From: Rhizodiscina lignyota
Lineage: Eukaryota
Direction: 5' to 3'
Assembly: GCA_010015805.1 (NCBI GenBank)
Contig: ML978124.1
Location: 1,984,001 to 2,048,000, forward strand
Length of the DNA stretch: 64,000 bases
Part shown: positions 35,712 through 47,246 of the stretch, piece by piece
How positions within the stretch are numbered: position 1 is the first letter of the stretch
How the letters are laid out: each line of letters begins with the position of its first letter
Notes under the pieces: model-generated
What the model was told of the DNA's origin: nothing
What the model saw: only the letters and a program-made list of their open reading frames with translations
Database searches by the model: none
Made by a program: the position numbers and the translations under genes

Positions 35712-37214
35712 TTACGCAGCCACAGCCTCTACAACCCTCGGCGCCTCTGGCTGGACTGCAGCCTCGACCTGACCGACACCATGGCCCTTCCAATCAGGAA
35801 GGCTAGGGTGTACACCAACTCTCTCCTTGCTCAGAAGGTCAACCAACAACGGGCTGGGCTTGCTGTCCCTGCCCGGACTGAAAACTGCCTGTGACTTCCT
35901 GAACGCTTTCACCGCATCCATGTACTTGTCAAACAGGTACGCCGAGTCCAAGGGCCCACCTTTCGCTTCAGGATGGAACTGTGCGGAGAAGATGGGACGA
36001 GAGGCGTGCACAATGCCTTCGTTCGAGGAATCATTCAGGTTGACAAAGTATTCCTTAAAGTGGGATGGGAGAGTTGTGGCGTCGACGGCATAACCGTGGT
36101 TTTGGGAGGTGATGTGGCACTTCCCAGTCGTCAGGTCGAGGGCTGGAATGTTGTGCGCGCGGTTGCCGTATTTGAGCTTGATGGTTTTGGCGCCAGCAGC
36201 GAGAGCAAGTAGTTGATGGCCCATACAGATACCCATTATCGGAACCTGAGATGTTTCCATGAGCCTCCGGAGGTTGTAGACAGTGTCTTGGCAGTGAGTT
36301 GGGTCACCGGGCCCGTTGGAAATGAAGACACCGTCGAAATGGTGAGCAACTTTGTGGATCGGGTAGTCGTACGGGAAAGCCGTGACACTAGCACCACGGT
36401 TGACCAAACTGCGGAGGATGTTCTCTTTCACACCACAGTCGATCAAGGCGACGTGCAATTCCCCGGCAGCAGACTGAACATGGAATGGAGCCTTTGTGCT
36501 GACACGGCGGACCAGATTGATAGCCTCAGGGTCGACATATGCCTCATCTTCATCCGCATCATACTCCTCACCAATGGTGATACGAGCCAGGGAAGAACCT
36601 TGCTCTCGCAGAAAGGTGACAATGGCACGAGTGTCCACACCGGAGATGGCAGGGACGCCCTCACGAGCGCACCACTCGCCCAGACCCTCGACGGCTGTCC
36701 AATGGCTGTGTTTCTCTGCCACATCTGCAACAACAATACCAGCAGCCTGTATGTTTGGAGACTCAAAATATCTGAGCAGGCCGTGCTCGTCACGGGCGGA
36801 GGAGGGCACGCCGTAGTTGCCAATGAGGGGTTGAGTGAATACAAGAATCTGTCCGCGGTATGAAGGATCGGTCATCGACTCGGGGTAGCCAACAAGAGAT
36901 GTGGTGAAGACAGCCTCTCCGGAGATGTTGGAGTTTGCACCAAAGGACTTGCCATGATGGATTGGGCCTCCCTACAGCAGAGTGTCAGCATAGAGGGCTC
37001 CAATGGTTAGCAGAGTATGCTAGCGTACCTTGATAGTGAGAGTAGCCCTTTCACGCGAAATATTTGTGGACTTCCTCGGACCAATGGTGGAAGGAGAACG
37101 GACAGCGTTGGTCTGGACTGTCGCGAGCGTGCGAGCTTGAGTAGAGAACCTGGATGCCTTTTGTACGGTAAACGCAGGCCTGAACATGACAGGCTTGATG
37201 GCAGCCGCAAACAT
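35712..37214 (-). CDS. CPA1: Arginine-specific carbamoyl-phosphate synthase small chain, intron ~36973-37029
   Basis: Mitochondrial-type presequence [49 protein letters not shown]. Confidence 0.97.
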
Positions 37215-37263
37215 TGTGATTATTCAGGGGTGAAAGTGTTGTAGAGTATTGGAGGATGATCGT

Positions 37264-37542
37264 TTAGTACGGTTGGGCCTTCCACAGGTGGTCTGCAGCG
37301 GTGAAGAGTCAGTGATAGTCATAGGGCGTAGCATCGCGAGTCGAGTATACCTGAGATGTAGTCCTGCGACAAAACAGTTAGCATTATGATTCTCAAGAGG
37401 CCATGTTCTCAGATGAATTGCAAGAGTGGGGAAGGGAATTGTCGTCCCCGTGGAGTCAATTGACGACGGTTTCAACAAAGATAAGCGAATTGATACCGGG
37501 AGTGCTCACCTGGGAAGTGAAGATGGTCTGAGCAGCACGCAT
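37264..37542 (-). promoter_or_regulatory. Arginine attenuator peptide uORF, exons 37510-37542, 37351-37363, 37264-37292
   Basis: Spliced 75 nt = MRAAQTIFTSQ|DYIS|DHLWKAQPY*, matching the fungal AAP core FTSQDYxSDHLW. Confidence 0.95.
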
Positions 37543-38003
37543 AAATGCGGCGATGCAGAGATTGACGGAGCGGAGATGAAATTAAGAGCAGCAACTGCTC
37601 CTAAAATTGCATCAGACTGTCGTTGAGGGGGCAAGGTGGAGGGCGAAAAGCTCAGAGCGTGCTCGTGGGCAAAAAGAAGTCTGGCGGGGCGGCATGAAAA
37701 GAGCTCGGCGAGGCTTGCCCACATCAGGCATAGCTATGACGCGCGCCCAAAATTTCTGCGATGAGCAAAACAAAATCTGACCAAAAGCTGAGAGTAATTG
37801 GATCTGCACGTGATTGTATTCGATATTATCCAGAGCACTCCAGGGCCAGATGGCTTTGAATGTGCAGCTTAGCCGCCAGTGAAAAGCCTTCACAGCACTT
37901 CTAGGAGCAGGACTTCCTGTCATTATCCGTAATTCACTCGTGGCGATTGGAGAAATGAAGCAGATGAATAGGTAACAGAGATAGAGCTGGGGGTATCATT
38001 ATT

Positions 38004-39124
38004 CTACTGTAACTGCTTTGTCCTGCTCTTCAGCCTCCTAGCCAACTTTTCAGCTTTTACAGCTTGTGAATAGCTCGGAAGGGCGCCCCTTTCCGCCTCC
38101 AAATGTCGCCTGAGCCCATCCTCCGTTACCTCGTCGAGCATGAACTTACCAAGCTGCCCTCGTTGCCATCTTTTTATCATCCACATTGCGGAAGCATCGA
38201 TTTCGAGATCGCCTCCCTTCCGCAAGCGTCCCGTCTTCTTTGCAACGCTCTCCAACATTCCCATGATATCATTTGTGGGACCCGAGTAGTCGTTGTATAT
38301 CGTCGGATCATTTCGATTCATGTGGAACAGGAGGAAGTCCGCAAGCGTGACGGGTGAGATGATTGAGTCCTTGACGCTGCCACATAGTGCAAGCTTCAGC
38401 ATAGCTTCAGCGTCAGGCACATAGGGGATGAAGACACCAGGAGTATCAAGTAGATAGACATCCTTTCTGCCGCTCTCCTCATCCCCCTCTAAGATTTTGA
38501 CGCCGGTGCCAATCTTTCGTGTTATGCCTGGCTGTGCACCCGTTGATGCCGCCTTGCCTTTGCCTACGCCGACCTTCCGGAGGCTGTTCAGGAGCGATGA
38601 TTTTCCGACATTGGGCATACCAACGACCATCATACGTGAAGGCATGAATGAGTCAGACTTCTGTACAGACTCTTCAACGCGCGATAAAATGCGTTTGGCA
38701 TCTTTTTCGTGTTGAATGGACGAGAAGACAACCGGGGTCGGATCGTGCCATTGCCGAACGATACGCTCTGTCTGGGAGCCGATGTCAGCATGGGAAGCAT
38801 ATGTGACGTGTAAGTGTAAGTGAACGGGATCGAACAGACTTCTGTTCCCCCTGGCCTGAGCTTGCGCAGGGAGTTTTCTTCGAAGCATAAGTCTTGCTTC
38901 GTATATACAATCAATCTCTCTCTTCCCGCGAGTGCACTTTCGAACAGAGGATTCCGCGATGTGAGAGGAATTCGACAGTCGCGGCATTCAATAACAAGGT
39001 CGACTGAGCCGAGCATAGATTTCATCTTCTCCAGCCCACTTCTATGATGGCCCAGGAAGTAGGACCTTGGTAGCGAGTCCGTGGCACTGAAGACGGCGCG
39101 TGGTAAGAAAGTTCTGCTGGCCAT
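38004..39124 (-). CDS. MTG1: Mitochondrial ribosome assembly GTPase (RbgA/YlqF family), intron ~38772-38839
   Basis: DLVIECRDCRIPLTSRNP, YTKQD, VVGMPNVGKSS, GAQPGITR, LLDTPG (circularly permuted GTPase). Confidence 0.93.
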
Positions 39125-39704
39125 GGTTGGCTGGGTCGTGCGAATTTGTCCATGGCGTATAAAAGACCAAGATGGCTATCTCTGGGGCGCGTCTGACATT
39201 GTCAAAATGAGCCCACGACCTCCTGGAAATGGCATGAACGAAGCTTGCAGATACAGAATGTTCTCCGTAACGCGTACAAATGCCGGATTAGAGCCGTAGG
39301 GCTGAGCACGTGCGCGTGGTGATGAGCGGCAGCATGGTGACCTCATTTCTCTTAGCATTCGAAATCTTCCAAGAGATGCGAACCAACGCGTGCCGAAGAT
39401 AGTGTCAATCACTGGGCAATATCTCCTTTCTTTCGCTTCAGAGAGTCGCGATCGTCGGAAGATGAAGCGTCTCGGCATCGCGTGTTCACCTTTACGTGGC
39501 CTTCTAATTATATAAAGACCGTGAATATCATTGAAGTGAGATATCTCGTAGAACCGTCCTAATGCCGATAATATTAAGCTCTCATCTGTTTGAGTGTTCG
39601 GAAGACCTGCATGCGTAGTCCATACTCAAACTTCAACATTTCTGTCTGCAGCTCCAGATCGACCTTTCTTCTAATCCTCTCCTTTCCTATTTTGCGCGCT
39701 TTAG

Positions 39705-41766
39705 ATGACAGTCTCATGGAAACTTTCATGGCCTCAGGGCCTCAGAGCTCTGTTTTCCACAGGCGGAGTTCTCCAACCATTTCGACTCCTCGAACAAGAT
39801 CTTCGTAACATTCCGAAGCGTTATGTTTCTGATTGGACAACTTTCAACCAATTAGTCTTCGCCAGCGCGGTGTATGTCTTCTTCACGAACCTACTTCCTG
39901 GCATTACATTTGCGAGCGATCTCTACGTTCGGACTGGAGCCAGTTGGGGGACGATAGAAGTTGTTTTCAGCACCGGGCTTGTCGGTATCGTCTTCTCACT
40001 GTAAGCCATCTTTTGACAATGGTTGTGCTCTCATCCCTGTTTGTAGCATATACTTCCAGTCTCTCACTTGAATTTGGTTCAACTCTTATCCCGTAGTATG
40101 CATGCGAAATTATAGCTAACAGTCTCAGATTCTCCTGCCAACCACTTACCATACTCGGCGTTACGGGACCGTTCTCAGTGCTCGCGGAAAACATCTACAT
40201 GCTATGTGTCGATTCGTTCAAAGTAAGGCCTATCCATGTATCTTCCTTCAAGCACCGCTCACTATTCTCCAGATCCCTTTCCTCCCTTTTATGGCTTGGT
40301 CTCTCATTCACGCCGCCTGGATGCACTATCTTCTCGCCATCTTCAACGCCCATGATTGGACGATGCGATACGTGACGACGTTCAGCACAGAGATCTTCGC
40401 CCTTCTCAATAGTATCATCTACTTCCACAAAGCGATTCAGGAGTTACAACGTGCACATGATGAGCTCTCTTTTGCCGCATTCCTGTACGCTATCATCGGC
40501 GCTATTGGGACCTGCATTCTTGCCGTCTTCCTTTCGTACGCGGAACATTGGGAGCCATTGTTCCACAAATACATCCGCATGGGCCTCCGAGAATACGCTG
40601 CAGCAATTTCGATTATACTCTTCATCGGTATGCCGCACATTGGGGAGTTAGCCACATTGGATCGACAAACTCTGCCAGTTTCGTATCATTTCCAACCATC
40701 CAGCCCTGACCGATCTGTCTTTTTTGTGCGCTTCTGGCAACTCCCCGTGGGCTGGATACTTGCAGCTATTATCCCCGGAGCAATTATTACCTGTCTGTAC
40801 TTCTTTGACCACGAAGTAAGCAGCATTATCAGCACTATTGACCGCTACGGAACCCGCAAGCCTAGTGGCTTTGCATGGGATATTGCGCTTCTCGGTACCA
40901 CAACAGCGATATGTGGCATTTTAGGTATCCCACCAGCGAATGGGCTTTTGCCACAGGCGCCATTGCACTCGGAAAGTCTGATGTACAGGGAAAAGGAGGC
41001 AATTGCCTCCCCTCCCTCCAACGACAGCGATCGTGCTAATGTAGATTCTCCAGAAATGAGAGTGCGCAATCGAGTCTATGAACAACGTTGGAGTCACTTT
41101 CTACACGCCGCAGGGATACTGGTTTTTGTTTCTCCGCCTTTCATGCATGTTCTTGGCCTTACACCGACTTCTGTGCTTGCCGGTCTGTTTCTGTTCATGG
41201 GTGAGCATTCACTCTCTCTCAAACCAATCTTAATGCGAACGTTCTACATGCTCACACCTCAGTCCGAGCTACCTTCACTGCCTCCTGCCATCAAACGCCG
41301 CTCGTACATTCCGATACATGCGTACACATTGACACAGATTATCCTGACAGTGGTTATATTCATCGTAACACTCACGAAAGCTGGACCGGCCTTCCCAATC
41401 ATCATCATTGCACTAGTTCCAATACGGCTGAAGGTCATGAACCACATCTGGAATCGAGAGCTACTGCGTTATGTTGACGCTTGGGCATGCTACGAGGGGA
41501 CTCCGGAGGATGAAGAAGACGAGAAGGCGAGATTGAGGAATGGCGGTGTTTGGGGACATGAGATAGAGGACAGAGATGGGACAGGCGCATGGGGAAGTTC
41601 AAATGGTGTTTTGCGATCGCTGAGAAGGAGCGAGGAGGCGGTGGTAGAAGATGAAGAGAAACTTTTAGGCGTGGAGGCGGGACCGAGTCGGGGTATGAGG
41701 TTGGAACCGAGGACTGGGCTAATGAGAAGAACAAGTGCTTCGATTTTTGAGTTTAAAAAGGAGTAG
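39705..41766 (+). CDS. BOR1: Bor1-like borate/HCO3- (SLC4) transporter, 2 introns
   Basis: YVSDW, FFTNLLPGITFA, QPLTILGVTGP, PPANGLLPQAPLH, VYEQRWS, VLAGLFLFMG. Confidence 0.88.
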
Positions 41767-42907
41767 ACTATCTGAGTGCTAGTTTCTATTATGAAGGCCA
41801 ACGCATTTGGTGGTACTACGAAGGAGCTAGTTTCTTGTGAGCGAACAGTCGACAGAGCTACCCTGTTACAGTCGCCTTTAGTACTTCTAAGAAGCTTCTG
41901 CATATTGGTGAGTTTTCATCCGAGGCTGTTAGGGAGGAGCTTGCCAGGCCTGACTTAGAGGATTTGCTTCTCGTTATCGCGGAAAGGGGACGTCGCCGCG
42001 GGTCTCATACTGTTACGAGACGTGTAACTGCTTCGTAGACCCATCAGGCACCCCCTGTAACGGTGAATTTCCGGATAGAACTAACAGCCTCAGCTCTAAT
42101 GTATTTAAAAGCTCTGGTGTTGCAAGTATGACATGGCGCACACGAAACCCTTCCAGGCTCCTGCTGTAGAGAAGATCGCATTGCTTCGTCCGCTTTGTTT
42201 GCGTTGTTCGAAATCGAAGCGCATCGCGGCCATTGAGATGAAGAGCGGCACTTGAACAAATATTCACCTTCATCAACAGAGGCAGACGAATATCACCATT
42301 GCAAAGTGATGGAGATGGAGTATAAACAATCACACCAACCTGAAGTTCAGATTTAGGGATCGCAAAACACGACGGCCCAAATGGACATTGGCTACATATG
42401 GGGTGCGATGCATGGCCAAGCGTTAAAGGTCCTGGCCTTGGCCTTATTTATATTAGAATTCAAACGTACCCATTCGGCAGTCTGCCTGAGTTGCACTGTA
42501 TGTTAGAAAGGACGCGGAAAACAAGCTCTGTGGCGTCGTCGCAAAGTTTCGCTTTCGTCATGGCGTGGCTCGTATTTCATCCGAACGTTCGTTTACGGCC
42601 GATGCACAGTCGTGCTTGGTGGTGGAGGAAGGTCCACTACTCTGAATCCTGCCGCGGGGCGTTATGAACGGCCGAAGCCAATTTAGACGACACGAGATAA
42701 GTATGCAGGTATATTAATTACATTTCCTCGTCTGTTCGTGTTGTCAGAGCATTCAAGATCAATTTTCGAGCCCGTTTCGTTGAAGTCTATTCGAAGACAG
42801 CATTTGTCTCTAGAAAAGGATCACAACGACATCACTATAAATCCAGCGACTCACAGTTCACCTCATTCAACCCTTCTTAAAGGCCTAAACAAAATCAGAC
42901 TCAAAAA

Positions 42908-43522
42908 ATGACATCTCTCTTTCTCCCCCATCCAGCCTATGCCGAGGAACAGGAGCATGCTCGCACGATCCTCACATTCCACGTCCTGCGCTCCGGTTTC
43001 GTCGCGGGCGCAACTGTCTCACTCATGACTGCAACCTCATCCCTTCTGTTCTCCCGCATCCGCCACCAGACTCCCTTATCCCTCTCATCCTTTGGCAGGA
43101 CATCGCTCATCCACGCCGCCAGGGGCGGCCCAATCGGTCTGGCGCTTATCGGCATCGTGCTCGTTCCGTACATGCACGGCCGCGAGGAGATCGAATGGCA
43201 GGACCGCTCCTGGCGGCTGCTGGAGAACCGCGGGCAGGTGGAGTGCGACTGGTGGCTGCTTGGAGGGTCGGCGGTCGGCGCTGCTGCGGCGCCATTCGTG
43301 CTTCGCCGGAATGCGGGGGCTGTGGCTGGGAAGGCCATTCAAGGTGGCGTGAAGAGCATCGGCACTGCTACCGCGGTCTCGGGAGGAGCAAGCTTGGGAA
43401 GTGTTACTGGGATGCTGGCGTATCTGGCGCGACCTGGAAGTCCGTCGAGAGGGGGGCAGGAGATTGTTGATGCCTCTCGTGATGTGGCCAAAGAGGGGAT
43501 CGAAGTGGCCAAAGGGAAATGA
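42908..43522 (+). CDS. Conserved fungal hypothetical membrane protein
   Basis: 204-aa intronless ORF, AAAAATG context, TATAAA at ~42836; PHPAYAE and GREEIEWQDRSWRLLENRGQ; hydrophobic segments. Confidence 0.8.
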   Translation: MTSLFLPHPAYAEEQEHARTILTFHVLRSGFVAGATVSLMTATSSLLFSRIRHQTPLSLSSFGRTSLIHAARGGPIGLALIGIVLVPYMHGREEIEWQDRSWRLLENRGQVECDWWLLGGSAVGAAAAPFVLRRNAGAVAGKAIQGGVKSIGTATAVSGGASLGSVTGMLAYLARPGSPSRGGQEIVDASRDVAKEGIEVAKGK

Positions 43523-43794
43523 GGGGAGTTGGAAGATATGGATGTTTATTGCGCCTGTATGCGGAAATATGGAGTTTCTAAGGCACGGCTCACCACTCAA
43601 AGCATCGCCGCCTTGTACGCGGCAATTAGGACTCGACTCGACCTGTTGCATGACGCAGCATATGGAGCGTCTCAAATCAGCAGGTTGAGGAGAGGATTGG
43701 TTCGGCGAGCCACAATTGACCTTCTGTAAGAGTGATTTGGCTTTAGCCACGCTTATTCTAATTGGTATCAATATCCTGTACGATAGTAACGCCG

Positions 43795-45516
43795 TCATGA
43801 AGACATGTACACAACAGAGAAGCCTATCCAGCTTCCAACTACCCCAACCGCAGAGTAAGAACTCGTGAACATGAGCGGCAAGAACTCGTACCTCTGACCA
43901 AAGATGAGATGGTGGACGAGCGAGCAGTAGATGATGAGAGGAATTGCTACGGCGATGTAGAGCAGTGAGAAGCGGTCGAGTAGGAAGATACGATGATGTG
44001 AAGAGCTGGAAACGATCAGTATTAGTGCACAGCAGGTTAGAGGGAGTGTAATGAAATGAGGATGAGAGACTTACGCAGGGGCTAGACGGTCAAATGCGAT
44101 CAGAAATGCAACCAGCCAGAAGACAGTGTACACAGTCTTCACAGGGAATTCGTGCACTGTAAACAGCAGTGGGAACAGACTCACGTGCCCTGCCACTGCC
44201 AATGGTCTAAACGCTCCCAGGTATCTCCGGTCCTTCAGCGCTAGTAGACTGAACGGAATGATAACGAGAAGAATGGCCTTCTCGTGCACATGCCAACCGA
44301 ACAAAAACGATGCGTAGCCGCACATTGTGACCGCACCTACAAACGTGTCCCAGTCCGGCTTGACGAAGAGTTTCGCCAGAGGGATAATTTGGAAGAATAG
44401 AGTGAGGTAGAACGTCCATATTGGAGGTATGTCCGGCAGAACGGCGAAGGAGGTATCTCCAACAAGTCCACGAGTCACGCTATTCTTTGCAGCTTCATCG
44501 ACTGGAATGCCGAGATATGGACCAAGTATGATAAGTACTCGGTCGGTGAACGAGTACATAGACCATACATTTGGAGCCCAGTATGCATGGCATAGGCCGC
44601 GTGAGAACGGAAACAATCTGCTTAGCAGCTGTGGAATCTGGCCCCATAGTGCAAAGGGACCAAATGCAGCGCCGAAGATGGATATGATACCGATCCCAAG
44701 CTTGATACAATTGCCGAATTGGATTGCAAAGATGGAGCGTGGGTGGAGGCAATACACGCGCAGGAGGTAGACAAAGTATGCTGGGGCCAGGTAGAGATAG
44801 ATGTGCTTGAGGCACAGTAGAGCTGCAAAGAAGAGGCCAGAGAGGAGAAGGGTCGACTGCTTCCGTGCAAGAACAAGGGAGAGCACCAAAATGCCGTAGA
44901 GAAAGCCATTGTACTGGAAATGGATGTGGTCAATGATGAGAAGACCAGGCGAGAGCAGTACGGAGAGGGCCGCTGCATGGGCGGTCTTCTTCGTTGGCGA
45001 CGTGTCGATATACCTGGAGAAGGGTGAGCGAGAATCTATATTGACAGTCTACAGCGGATAAATGTACTTCTGCAACGCATATATGAGAACGAACTCGGTC
45101 GCAATGACAGTCGACCGTTGGAAGAAGATCGTCTGCCAGCTGTCATAGCCGAGGTTTTGGATGTTCAGCATCTCTGGATCCGCAAAGCGTGCTGCCTGCG
45201 AGAGGATCCATTCGAAATACGCAAAGAACGGGGGGTAGTCGAGAGTCCATTCTGATGTTTTCTTATGGTACTGTGAGCACCAGGCCGTGGGTCTTTCGAT
45301 TGCTCCTTACCTCGTAGTACCACTCTTGGACCGGGAGAGAGTTTGTGATGGCGAGCCAGTTCCGGTGGACTTCAAAGTCGGTCGATTTGCTACAGCCTCG
45401 AGTAAGTCACGGCGTCTGACAGCGATGGGCAGCGCATACTAAGCTGGAAAGAGCAGAATCTTAAGGGCGGCGGCCAGCACAGCACACTGTGCTATCGAGG
45501 GGTACAATTCCGACAT
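43795..45516 (-). CDS. ALG8: Dol-P-Glc alpha-1,3-glucosyltransferase Alg8, 4 introns
   Basis: [71 protein letters not shown]. Confidence 0.95.
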
Positions 45517-47246
45517 TGAGGCATCTGAATCGGGGTTGTTGGAATACTTCTTGCCCCGATGGTGCACGGCGGGCATAAGCTGGTGGTTGCGGGATCCCTG
45601 CGCACGATGATAGGCTTGAGGGAGGTTGCTTGCAGATGTCATCTCGCTCTCCTGTCCTGTGTCACGGGGAGAGCTGCGGCTGGCACGTGTGGTGGCGCGC
45701 CAGCTTAGCCTGGCCCGAAAGCGGGAGCCTCATCAAAAGATACGGCGATCCGAACTCCCCTTTTGAAATTCGCCGCGGCCCTCATGCGCTCATCTCAATA
45801 CCGCTGCCACCGTGCCCCGGCCTCGACGGCGCTCGTCTGCAGCTCTCCATCACGCTGCGGAGCTCCGGCCGATCGCTGGGCCTGCGCGCTGCCTCTGCGA
45901 GCGCGCACTGCGAGGCCCGCCGGCAGCGTGGCGTCCAGCCCTGCGCCGATTCGGGGAAAGCGCAAATTGGCTAGTCAGGTACCCGCCTAGCCCCCAGACG
46001 CTGGGTGGGTACGGGTGCATCGTAGCGCATTGCTGGGTCGCTGCACGTCCCCCGGACAAGATGACTTTGAGGCTCCCTCGCTCTCCGCGACGTCGTTGGT
46101 TACAGCAGCACCAGACGGCGTCCGCGCGTTTCGCATGACGCGATGCAGCATCGCCTCGCGCCTGGCATCTCGAGTACTCGCTGCTCTTGTTTCGAGCAGA
46201 TGGGCCGCCGTGGCCACGACGCGCTGACGCCGGGTGGCAGTGACATGAGGACAGGAGTGCGGTACCTGAATTTCCATTTCCCAGGAGAGCCAGTCCCGCC
46301 CCGACTATTTTTACACGGCTTCTGGAAATGAGCATGTCTAGGGGTGGGCGGCGGTAAACCCACAACGGCCTAGCTGCCTCCTTTGCACGGAGATCGTACA
46401 TTATTCACCCACCAGCGCCATCGCCAACCTCTCGCTTCTTCTGCGCTCATTCTTGTCCTCCGTCGCCTCTTCACCACCATCCTGTGTGCCCTTGCACTTC
46501 TTCAGTCCTTTTTGCGCTTCTGCCTTTGCTTTCGCCGTCGCAAGTTGGCCCCTGTCTCGTGACGAGAGCAGACCGTCTTCGACACCTCCCATTCCTTTGT
46601 CCATTCTCTTCGCTCCTTTCGACTGCCCAGCTCCGCAAACACGCTTCCTCCCTCCGATAGTCGATAGTGACCTCAGTTACACCCTACTCGAGCGCATCCA
46701 ACACCTCCACCTTACAAATAATCGCCACTGCTAGCTTCTGCCAAGTTTAAACCTTGTCGAGCTCCCCTTTCTGTCTCACATAGACTACGCACGCGTTTTT
46801 GGCCTCTACTTTCCCCTCCCGGCAGCTCAACTTCACGCCAGACACGCGGACGAACAACTTCTGTCTCGATCCTTGACGCGACTGCGTTCACTCCGTTCGG
46901 GAATTGCCGTGTGAGCATCCGCAGTCTCGACACCAAAACAAATCTTGCATGTCTTGTAATTATCGGTAGGTCTAACAAAGAGCTTGTCATCAAGCTTTCA
47001 TCTCCTACATTCCAGAGGAAGATCAAAACTAATCCTCCAAAGGCTTTAGCGCAATACTTTTTAATCGAACACCTCCAACAGACATATCGTCGCATCTGTG
47101 TGCCTAGCTTCATCGCGCACTGCCTCTCGTTTACATCTTTGTAATCGTTCGTCCGGACACAGAGCCGGACCTAATACTTCGTCACCACGGCTGTGCTTGC
47201 TCAAGATCCGAGGGATAGTCTGTCCCTCCCACCTCATCTCATCGGG

